DNA from: Trichinella spiralis
Taxonomy: Eukaryota
Length of the DNA: 22,942 bases
Direction: 5' to 3'
NCBI RefSeq assembly: GCF_000181795.1
Contig: NW_003526941.1
Coordinates: 8,730,140-8,753,081 of the forward strand
This document shows, one piece after another, positions 1-10,511 of the stretch. Position 1 is the first letter of the stretch, and each line of letters starts with the position of its first letter. Under the pieces are notes generated by a model. That model searched no databases. It had not been told where the DNA came from and saw nothing but the letters and a program-made list of their open reading frames with translations. A program made the translations under genes and the position numbers.

Positions 1-40
1 TCAATTACCATTTCAATTGATAATTTATGCAATTTCTCAC

Positions 41-1132
41 CTCTTGAACTTTACCCAACAAGAAATCTGAAGTTATGTCCAGAACTGATGGATCGTAAAC
101 ACTTCCGGAATCATAGACTAAAATTTAGAGAAAAAAAAGTACCGTTTCACGAGAAATGCTATTCATTCTCAAAATTATTCAACAAACCTTTCTTTATAAC
201 TAAGCCATAACTGAATGGTAGAATGTTCAACATGTTGAGCAAAGCAGCTTCGCTTGCGCCAACCTTTTCGTTCTCTTTGATCAAATGAACATCATTCTAA
301 AATATATACATATATATATATATCAATGGTATACGTATACAAGAAATACACGAAAAAGATGATAATTTACCAAAATTTCTATAGTGCCCTTAGAAATTTT
401 CGTTGGAATATTCAAAGCTTGAAAGAAAGATGTTTTCTCAGGCCCCAATCCTGTGTTCTGTGCCGGCAATCGTACATCAATTGGCGCCACAATTCCAGCT
501 TTAGCCGGTGCAGCTACCTGCATAATACATAAATTATTCCAATCCAACGATACATAAAACAGAAAAGAAAAACAAACCTTTTTCGCAATTATAGCATCAC
601 GCACCTCGGCAAGATCTTCATTGGTGAAAACAAATCCGACATTCCCAACAACATGATGGATCAAACTTGAAAACATTTCAAATTGAATTCACAAATCACA
701 TTCAAAGTGAACCATCTTACCATTCTAAATCTGGATTTTTCGGCAAATAACCACGAATTGCTTTTCGAATCATCGTGTTTTTGCCCATTAACAATTCGGC
801 CCGACCACGCAAGGAAATGCGAATTTGCTGCATTTGGTTGGAACCGACGTTGTCCACACCCACAATAAAGCATTTTGGATATTCTTCCAAAAATTTCTAA
901 ATTTTCAAACAGCACATCAACGATAATTATCAAAAATGAATCAACTACTTTCAGCCAAATAATATATGCACCTCATACGAATTGTAAAAATACGAAAAGT
1001 ATAATTCAACTTCGCATTTAAAATATAAAAATAGTAATAAAAATAATTTAAAACGTTAAAAAAATTAAAAAACATTACCACAAGCTTAAGAAAATAGTTT
1101 GACTTCCAAGTTGTTTTGTCTTCCCTGACCAT
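41..1132 (-). CDS. RPLP0: 60S acidic ribosomal protein P0 (uL10), 5' part; gene continues beyond the left window edge
   Basis: Exons (-): 1132-1079, 896-721, 665-578, 517-371, 296-188, 117-41, all GT-AG. Spliced translation [37 protein letters not shown]...[12 protein letters not shown]...[57 protein letters not shown]... matches the conserved P0 sequence. Confidence 0.97.
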
Positions 1133-1651
1133 CTTGGTGATTCAAGGATGTCCAGTCGGTTTAAAGACAAATATATCTAAAATAAATCAGTATATCAGAT
1201 TCTGTGGTACGATTTTTGCATACAATGAATGAATAATATGATATGAACAGAAAATCACTCATGACACGTTACCTACAGTAATACAAAAATAATGATGTTT
1301 AGCATGTTATACTGTAAATTAAAAGCGGATTTATTACATTAAAATTTATTTTATTAAATAAAAATGAAGAAATAAAAATGCATAGAATTATAATTTACAT
1401 GATAAAAAATAATTACAAAACTTATTATGCTTACTTTTAAATAATTTCAGTGGTGCAATATCTAAAGAACACCCTACTTATATTATATATAAAATCTTAC
1501 GGTATTTGTTAATAACTGTCGCTGTAATTATTATAAAAATTTTTAGTGCTATTAGCAGTACCAAGTGGAAATATTTTCTACTGATTTCATTGTAAAAATA
1601 TTTTGTTTTAATCATATCGATTATTACAGTATTACTGTTAAATCCAAAAGA

Positions 1652-3856
1652 ATGGAAATTCCCGAAGTTGGAATTGAAATAGAATCTGTGCGAAGAAATT
1701 ACACCTGGACACAGAATGTTCATCTCATTTATGACGAAGTAAGTGAACGATGTTCATCACAAACCATTATTAATGTGTGCATTTCAGTTGGCCGATACCT
1801 TTGTTCCTTCGCCCAGTGACGTTTTCCAGTGGAGTACAGCGTACGTAATGTTGTAAATTATTTGAATAGTTTATTAATGAAAAATTTCAATTTCAGAAAC
1901 TCGGCTGATTCTGCTCAGCAAGAATTTGTTGTGACAACATTCACAGAAGGAGATAATGTTTTGAGATTTCTGGACTATTGCAAAACTGACAATGGCGTGC
2001 TGATTGAAAGACAGTTGGATTTTCCTGTTGACGATTATGTAAATTGTGTGAAATACATGCCTCAACAAGGAAGCATCCTGGCTTTTGGAACGCCTTCATT
2101 TTATGCTGTTTTACGCAAAGATGGAGACAACGATGGTATATTTTTCATTGCTTTCATTTTGAATTTTTTTGTACCGAATGCTTAAACTCGGTGGTATTAA
2201 GTTGGTTACTTGAGTAATTTTTATTTCATTTGTGAAATTATTTTAATTTATTTTTTAATCATATTCAATTGAAAAGTTTTTATTTTTGAATGCACTCTAT
2301 TAATTTGAAGTGCGAATTCATTTTACATATTTCATAATTCTAAATATTACACACCATTCAGAAGTAATTTCTTTTTTCAGTAGTAATGTAATTTCAATTT
2401 GGCAGTGTTTTCAAAATTACTGAACCGCTTATTATTTACACGTTGTTGCTTTTAGTTCGTTCTTTTCTTGCACCTCGCCAAATGGTCAAATTACATGGTG
2501 AACAACCAGCTGAAGGAAGGACTTTGTCATGGAATCCAATAAAAGCTGGTCTACTGCTTACAGTGAATTTGAATGGAACGATTAAGTCATTTGATTTTGC
2601 AGCTGGAGCTGAATCGTCGCAAACCTACGAATCTACTGCATTGATCAATGAAATTCATTGGCATCCAAAAAAGGAACATATTTTTGGTGGTGCACTGAAA
2701 AATGGACATCTTTGCATGTAAGTGATGATATTCACATTTCATTTGTGCCAGTATGATTTTGTGAAAATATATTATTTGCAAGTTGTATGCAATAATTGTT
2801 CTTATTTATAGTTGGGATGGTCGTGTAAGTGACATGACTATTCATAACTTTCCGGCTCATGTCGATAATGAAGTTACGTCGTTTTCATTTAATTCATACA
2901 GCGAAAACCTATTGGCTACTGGTTCGAACGAAAAGGTATTTTAATTCAACATTATTATTTTCATGCTGCATCAAACGACTATTAATTTTGCATAATTTTC
3001 TGTGCGTTATTGCTACACACATACTTATGCTTATACATACACATCCATATACACGAGTTTATTTATTTCTTTTAGCTAATTTGTTTTTGGGATTTGAGAA
3101 AAACTTATAGACCATTGCACACTTATTATCCGGAACATCCTGTGAACAAGGTATGCTTATTTTTAAGATAGTTACGCTAAAATTGCTTTCTCACTAATTT
3201 TACATCAGTGCATAATTAATGTTGCTATTGAAAACAACTGAAAATTGACTTTACAATATATAAATTAAGATTTTCAGCATTTTGAATTTTGTTCACTTAT
3301 TGTTAAGCAGAAGCATTTAATTATTATTGTTGCTGAATTTTAGGTCATGTGGAGTCCATTGAATGAAGTGATGATTGCAAGTATTATTGAAGGAGTAGGA
3401 GTGGCAGTATATGATGTATCGTAAGTTGAATATTATATGATGGTATGATTTAGATTTTCATGAGTAATTTTTCTAGTAAAATTGGAGAAGAACTTGTTGG
3501 TGAAGATTGTGATTATGATGATGAAGATGTTGTGTCGGAAAGTTTGGTATGTTTAATTGTCTTTTGCAGAAACAAGCTTTTTTATTCATATAATTTTGTT
3601 TATAGTTTGTCCACTATGCGCGTCGGGATGATGTTCTCGACTTCGATTGGAATCCACGTGTTCCTTGGCTTATTGGTTCTGCTGAAAACAGTGGTCTAGT
3701 CGCTGCATGGAAACCAGTATGAAAATAATAATCTTATTATTATTTTATGTTTTTGTTTGTATTGCTTATTTGTCATATGTGTAGGCGAAACATATTGTCG
3801 AAGATGAAGATGTGGAAATATCTGATGAAGAGTTGGAGCCAGCGGATTTTGAATAA
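1652..3856 (+). CDS. RBBP4: Divergent RBBP4/RBBP7 (LIN-53/CAF-1 p55 family) WD40 histone-binding-like protein, ~389 aa
   Basis: Exons: 1652-1738, 1788-1840, 1897-2135, 2456-2717, 2812-2935, 3076-3150, 3344-3420, 3477-3546, 3606-3716, 3785-3856 (1170 nt, frame intact). Family-like motifs: NYTWTQNVHLIYDE (cf. YKIWKKNTPFLYD), VNCVKYMPQ, TLSWNP, IHWHP, FNSYSENLLATGS, FWDLR, VMWSP, YDVSKIGEE, FVH...DFDWNP.PWLIGS. AATAAA at 3901-3906. The family is clear; orthology versus paralogy is not. Confidence 0.85.
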
Positions 3857-4819
3857 CAAAACATGCATTGCGTTGGGACAATGTGAAATTTGCATATTGA
3901 AATAAAATATCTGTGTTTACAGTGATGGGGAGAACATTTGCTTTTATGGTTACGTAGATTTTACTTTTGAGCAATTTCATGCTTGTTAAGGTGTTCACCT
4001 TAATGAAGTTGCTTCTTACTCTACATTCATGACTGACATATTGATTAAATAATTTTTATCTATAATGGGACATTTTTTGTCGACGTAATGATGTCCATTA
4101 AAAATAGTTTTGAAAGAAAAACATTTCAAGCACTGCTTTCAGAAATGAAATTATTTTTAAAAAGAAAATTAAAAGAACGTTAAAAACCGTATTACTGTCA
4201 TAATGTCATTGTCAATAAAAGGAGCTATAATCATATTGTAAAATTTTCTTCAATATGATAAGCAAGTTTGATCGAGCTTGTTCATAAAAAGATAGATATA
4301 TTTTTACTTTCAGTATTACTCTGACATCTTAAAAAATAAGTTTTTCAATTTCTGCATGCTAAAGCATGACCACTGAGCTCATGCAATAACAAATAATTTT
4401 AATATGCAGTAATAATACTTGATTTTCAAAAGGAATTTTCATTGAACGTTGGCTACAGTATTACAGCAACGATTACTTCAGTTTAGTAGTTTGTTTACTT
4501 TGTTTTAAACTGTTCATCTGAGCATGCCCCATGCTCTTGGGTAGAAGCTGAATTTTATTTTAATATTTTTTGAAATTGAAATTTGTGCTCGCTCGCGTAA
4601 GCGCTTAATATGAAAATATGTATGCAATTGTTCAATTACGTTTAAATATCATTCGTATATTTTTGTAAATGTCATTTGTGTGAAATAATTTTCTTATTTG
4701 CGCTTTTATGTTATTTTATACTTGTATTTTTGAAAGCGTGTTGTTGAAGTTGGCGAGTGCCACTGGACGTGTTGAAATTGTAAACTTTATCATTTGTTTG
4801 TTTAGCAGAAATTGGTAAA

Positions 4820-7596
4820 ATGATGTCCAAACTTTCCAGTGTCAATGTCAATTTGTTGAAGCGCTGTTTGTTCTTTAACCCTCAAGCTTACAGTAGTTAT
4901 GAATCGCGAAGATTTGTTTCCGGCTATGAAATCGTAGATCACACATACGATGCGGTTATCGTTGGTGCAGGTATGATTTTTATTTGGTATTCTTAACGTT
5001 TATTTTTTTAATTTTGATCTGTTGATTTTAAATAATGTTTTATGCAGGAGGAGCCGGGCTGAGGGCTGCGATGGGTTTAGTCGAGGCGGGATTCAAAACT
5101 GCCGTAGTGACAAAACTTTTTCCAACCCGCAGTCACACAGTTGCTGCTCAAGGCGGTGTGAATGCTGCACTGGGTAATATGGAACCAGACGATTGGCGTT
5201 GGCATTTTTACGACACTGTGAAAGGTTCTGATTGGTTAGGAGACCAAGATGCGATTCATTACATGTGTCGTGAAGCACCAAGGTATCATGTTTTACATTA
5301 TATTTTGCTTGTATGCATGCGGTTTTCTTGTTTTAATAAGCGTATATGTTATTAAAGTTTATTAAATTTTATATGTTATATGTTGCTTATGTTATATATG
5401 TATATTTTTTTTCTACTATTCAGGCTTGTCAGTGTGACCGACTTAGTAGTTTGTTGAAATCTTTTTTTCCTTGTTTCTTTTTTAGTTTTACTTTTGACAT
5501 AAAGTTAAATTTTCTTTACTTTGTCGATGAATTTGTCGATTTTTAGACGAATTGTTGCAGAATTGCGCTTTACAACTGTTCAATTTGTTTTAAGATAAAT
5601 TTTACTAAAGATTTGCATATAAGTGAAATAGATTTGTTTATTTTTCGTATCACAAATGGGGGTTTTTTGAAATTGTTAGCAAATTGATCAATTTGTAGGG
5701 CTGTGTTGGAGTTGGAAAATTACGGCATGCCATTCAGTCGTACTAAGGAAGGAAAAATATATCAGAGAGCTTTTGGTGGTCAAAGTCTGGACTACGGTCG
5801 TGGTGGTCAAGCGCATCGTACGTGCTGCGTGGCGGATCGAACTGGCCATAGCATGTTGCACACGCTGTACGGCCGAACGTTGGCCTACGATTGCAAATAT
5901 TTTATTGAATATTTGGCGTTGGATCTTTTGATGAATAAGAATCGTTGTGTTGGTGTGATCGCGTGGAACTTGGAAGATGGAAAATTGCATCGTTTCCACA
6001 GTAACAATACAATTTTAGCCACCGGTGGTTACGGAAGGGCTTACTTCAGTTGCACATCAGCGCACACGTGCACTGGTAAGTGTGTTTATTAATTTATGCG
6101 TATTTCAAATGAAGTATTTGTTTTGTTTGGTTTTTTTAATTACAGGCGATGGAACGGCAATGGTTTCGCGCGCTGGCCTTCCGAACGCGGACATGGAATT
6201 TGTTCAGTTTCATCCAACAGGTATATACGGGGCTGGCTGTTTGATAACGGAAGGTGTGCGTGGAGAGGGTGGATATTTGATCAATAGCAAAGGCGAGCGC
6301 TTCATGGAACGTTACGCACCGAATGCGAAAGATCTGGCATCTCGGGATGTGGTGTCGCGTGCTATGGCTATTGAAATTCGCGAAGGTCGTGGCGTCGGTG
6401 CTCAGAAAGATCACATATACCTGCAGTTGCATCATTTGCCGGCAAATTTGATTCACGATCGTTTGCCAGGCATTGCTGAGACGGCGCACATCTTCGCCGG
6501 CGTCGACTGCACCAAAGAACCAATTCCAGTATTGCCTACGGTTCATTACAACATGGGTGGGATACCTACTAACCACACTGCGCAGGTTTGACAGTCGTGA
6601 TGTGAATGTGAAATCTGAACGAACAGATGTAAATTTTTCTATTGTTCAGGTTTTGACATTCAAGCCGGGTAGCGGTGATCAAATAATTCAAGGTCTTTAC
6701 GCGGCCGGTGAAACGGCTGCGCATTCCGTCCACGGTGCCAACCGTCTAGGCGCCAATTCGTTGTTGGATTTGGTCATCTTTGGACGCGCTTGCGCTTTGA
6801 CCATTGCTAAAACTTGCAAGCCGGGCGAGAAGTTTCCAGATTTGCCAGCCAACGCCGGCGAACGGTCGGTGGCAAATTTGGACAAACTCCGACAAGCCAA
6901 CGGAACCATCACTGTGGCGGATTTGCGCTTGAAAATGCAAAAAACTATGCAAGAGCATGCTAGCGTTTTTCGCACTGGGGAAGTTTTGCAAGTGAGCATT
7001 GGTTGTTTTTTTTTCTTCTGTCTTTCTTGTTCCACTTTTTTGCAGTTTTTTTTATTTTGATTCTGATTTTGCTTTTTAGGAAGGATGTAAGAAAATGGAA
7101 GGCATTTATAAACAGTTGGAAAATGTGAAATTGTCCGATCGTGGGCTGATATGGAATACGGATTTGGTCGAGGCGATTGAATTGCAAAATTTAATGCTGA
7201 ATGCGGTTCAGACGATCAATTGTGCCGAAGCTCGTAAAGAGAGTCGTGGTGCGCATGCCCGTGAAGATTTCAAAGTAAAAAAAGAAAATTTTTTTTTCCA
7301 ATAGTCGATTCTATTCCAACCATTTGATTGTTGAAATTTATTTAAATTGAAAATTGGTGCTTATTGTTTCTTTTTTTCATTCTTGCATTCTACAGCAACG
7401 TATTGACGAGTTCGACTATTCGAAGCCATTGGATGGGCAAACGAAATTGCCGTTCGAAAAGCACTGGCGTAAGCATTCGATGGTTTGGATGGATGAAGTG
7501 ACGGGTAGAACAAGAATCGAATACCGTCCAGTCATTGACAAAACTCTCGACAAAGCTGAGGTCGATTGGGTACAGCCGAAAGTTCGTTCTTATTAA
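4820..7596 (+). CDS. SDHA: Succinate dehydrogenase flavoprotein subunit, mitochondrial, ~646 aa
   Basis: Exons: 4820-4970, 5048-5282, 5699-6075, 6146-6585, 6650-6991, 7080-7274, 7396-7596 (1941 nt). Motifs: [25 protein letters not shown] (covalent FAD His), [41 protein letters not shown]-terminal VRSY. The N-terminus resembles a basic mitochondrial presequence. Confidence 0.98.
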
Positions 7597-8105
7597 TTAG
7601 CATCAGTAGAGAGAAAGAGAAACAGAAAGATAGATGATGGTTGTTTTCCAACAATGTTCACATTAATTCATATCATGAACATTTATTTTTCTTACTGTAA
7701 TTTTTTTCTGTAGCTGTCTCGAGTATGGGTAGAAAAGGAGAGTGTGTATTGTTTTTTGTGTGTTTGTTTCTTTTTCAGAAAAGAAGAAAAAACGCTGAAG
7801 TTCCTCTATTCTGCCAGTATGATTAAAAAAATTGTATGATTCAGACCGAATTGTGTTTGTTGTTCTTCATTTTCATTGTTGCATCGGTTGTGCCGCTTAA
7901 TATCGTATTTTTTATACATTCGTACATACATCTCATTATTGGAAATTTTACGCTTCTGTTTGTTCTCTCTTTCACATCATTGCTAATCGTTTGTTTAGAA
8001 TTATTCACACTGCCCTTGATGAACAACAGCTCCAATGCCAGCGTTTGATGATTGTTTGTTTTACTGCTTTTTTTAAAAAAAGAAGAATGCTCATGAACGT
8101 TGAAA

Positions 8106-9443
8106 ATGCTTCGTTATTGGATTAATCGCATACCGATGACTATTTTCGCGACTGCAGGCTCAGTTGGTACTGTAGGAATTGCCTACATTGTCTATGGAAG
8201 GTTTTCCAGAGAAAAGGGTTCTGTGAACCATTGGAAACCTTGGAAAGTAAAGAAAGCAAGCCAATTTGTCTTCTTTTTATTCACTGTTTGCAATGCTTTC
8301 AATCAAGGTGAAAGTGTATCGCAGTTTGCCGTTGAAGCCTTTGTCCAGAGCTTGGGGCAAGGTGAACAGTATGGAAATTCCGACCATTCTGCGACGACCA
8401 CTGCTCGGTGCCTATGTGCGCTATTACAAGTGCAATTTGAACGAAGCCGTCGTCGACGATCTGCGCGCATACCCGAGTTTGCAAGATTTTTTTCGACGTG
8501 CAATTCGTCCAGACTTGAGGCCAATTGCCGATGTGTCACTGGTGAGTAATGCATACTTTTTTTGCAAAAATTTATTCAAATAGTATATATATATATGTAC
8601 TTTTCAAGGTTTCTCCTGCCGACGGTGTTGTTCAGTGGTGTGGAAAAATCTCAGACGGTGTGCTTAGTCAAATCAAAGGAATCACGTATCACATAAATGA
8701 TTTCTTTGGTCAAGTGGAAATTCCTGGTATTGATTTTGTAAGTTCATGCTTATTTATACTGAAAATTTGTTATGTTTTTTCTTCATTTAAATTACTTTAA
8801 TATTACAGGAAGAAAAGATGACTTCACTTTATAGTTGTGTAATTTATTTGGCACCAGGTGATTATCATGGTTTTCACTCGCCCGTTGATTGGAATGTGAC
8901 ATTCCGCCGCCACATTGCCGGTTCGTTTTAATTTTAATTTTAATTTTTTATGCTTAAAATTCTTTTTAAATTTTGTTTAGGAAATTTGCTCAGTGTTGGC
9001 CAAAGAATTGTTCAACGAGTTAGCAACTTGTACTGCCTGAACGAGCGTGTCCATCTCATTGGCCATTGGTTGCATGGATTTTTTTCCATGTGCGCAGTTG
9101 GTGCTACTAATGTTGGTAGTATCAATATTGTATTCGAGGTATTATTGATTTTACAAGGGGGAAAAGTTGATTTTGTTTTTTCAAATTAAAATTCTTTTAG
9201 GAAGACTTGAAAACGAACAAAAAAGGAATGCGACATGGCTCTCTTTCTGATTTGAGTTATAGTCCAGGATATGATACTGAGAAAGGTAGAAAAATGGGTG
9301 ATTTTCGTCTCGGCTCTAGTGTTGTTCTCATCTTTGAAGCCCCTGCAGATTTTCACTTCAGCGTCAGTTCTGGCCAGCGTATTAAATACGGCGAAATGCT
9401 CGGAGATATAAATTCCCAAGCGTATAATTTGGAAAGCAGTTGA
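8106..9443 (+). CDS. PISD: Phosphatidylserine decarboxylase proenzyme (mitochondrial type I), ~338 aa
   Basis: Exons: 8106-8246, 8308-8541, 8609-8737, 8809-8920, 8981-9138, 9201-9443 (1017 nt). Motifs: [68 protein letters not shown] (autocleavage motif). An in-frame TGA at 8094-8096 supports ATG 8106 as the start. Confidence 0.95.
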
Positions 9444-9660
9444 ATTTTTTTTTATTATTTCATTTCACTATTATTTTTATTTTCATCTTCACTACCCTTC
9501 TCTGCCTTTGTGAATTTGTGAGATGCTGATTGCAAAATTTGATTATTTATATTTTTTACTGTCAACTTTATTCATCATCATCTACAGATTTTATTATTAG
9601 ATAACAGTCTTTCTATCTTATTGCACTTGTCATCCGTAACAACTATATATTTATGTTACT

Positions 9661-9782
9661 ATTAAACTTGAATCTCATTTGTTACTGTGCCATAATACTC
9701 TTCTCTGTGCGATGTATTTTCGTTTTGCTATTATTTTGATTTTATTCGAAATTTTTACCACTGAAATGTACCATTTCAGCAG
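9661..9782 (+). promoter_or_regulatory. Putative intercistronic processing region: poly(A) signal, U-rich element and trans-splice acceptor
   Basis: ATTAAA at 9661-9666, TATTTT (UAYYUU-type) at 9715-9720 and 9732-9737, and TTTCAG/CAG acceptor at 9774-9782 directly before the ZMAT5-like ATG. Confidence 0.45.
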
Positions 9783-10331
9783 ATGGTGAAGCCATATTTT
9801 TGTGAATATTGTAATCGAAAATTTAAAGGTGATGTACGAACGCGAAAACTTCACCTGCAAAGTCAGGCACATCGAACTGCCTACGCAGCATACTATGCCC
9901 AGTTTGAAGGTTAGCATCATATTTTTCGGTTTGTATTCTTTTGCGTAATGAATTAATTAACTAATTGAGCAGAGTATCGAAGAGAGGAAATGAATGAGCA
10001 ACGGCCGTCATCATTTGCTGGTAAGCTTCGTCGGCTTCTTACACACACAGCGCAGTGTATGTTTTCCAAAAGGGTCTGTTTCAGCGAAAAGCAAGCAGAA
10101 AATCTCAAGTAAAAATGCAAACGACATACTGAATCACTGGTTGCAAATCAATCGTCCTGATTTGTACGCATTTTCTATGCTTCGAAAGCAGTAAGAGCTT
10201 TTTTGTTTCCTCTGTTTTTTATTATTATTAAATTTCGGCTTTTTTTGTTTGTTGTTATTGTGATTAGATTGATTCAGTTGGAATATGACGTTAACAAGTG
10301 GCCAGTTTCGCTGCGAATGTGTTGTTCTTGA
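9783..10331 (+). CDS. ZMAT5: Zinc finger matrin-type protein 5-like (U11/U12 snRNP 20 kDa protein), ~108-114 aa
   Basis: Exon 1 (9783-9909) encodes MVKPYFCEYCNRKFKGDVRTRKLHLQSQAHRTAYAAYYAQFE, a U1C/matrin C2H2 finger resembling ZMAT5 [30 protein letters not shown]. Further exons 9973-10020, 10085-10190, 10268-10331 give ...EQRP...LNHWLQ...KWPVSLR (cf. ZMAT5 EQNKRP, LEDWLE, LPPSLR). TTTCAG acceptor at 9774-9779. The internal splicing is ambiguous. Confidence 0.8.
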
Positions 10332-10511
10332 TTGCACAAACGAGAAAATAGCTAACAAAGTTTTTATTAATTAAATCCAGATTGAACTAACCGAAAGCTT
10401 TGCGAAGTAACAAAACGAAGAACAATAAATAATAATAATAAACAGCGTGAGGCCAGGTAACAACAACTGTGATTTTTATGTTACAGAAATCATCAGCAGC
10501 AGTCAGGGGTG

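Noticed and set aside
897..1272. Intronic snoRNA in RPLP0 intron 1 or the 5' leader
   Set aside because: No proper RTGATGA/CTGA pair with a terminal stem, and no clear H/ACA double hairpin.
4830..4850. CAGTGT near the SDHA start as an iron-responsive element
   Set aside because: The flanks (CTTTC / CAATG) cannot form the required 5-bp stem, and the site is inside the CDS.
6136..7187. Minus-strand ORFs (146, 112, 81, 75 aa) antisense to SDHA
   Set aside because: Shadow ORFs of GC-richer SDHA exons with no recognisable protein features.
7836..8048. Hydrophobic 70-aa ORF between SDHA and PISD
   Set aside because: T-rich low-complexity DNA gives F/L/I-rich translations by chance, and no family motif is present.
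8100..8549. 149-aa ORF as a single-exon gene
   Set aside because: Only its start is PISD exon 1. The rest is intron plus out-of-frame exon 2.
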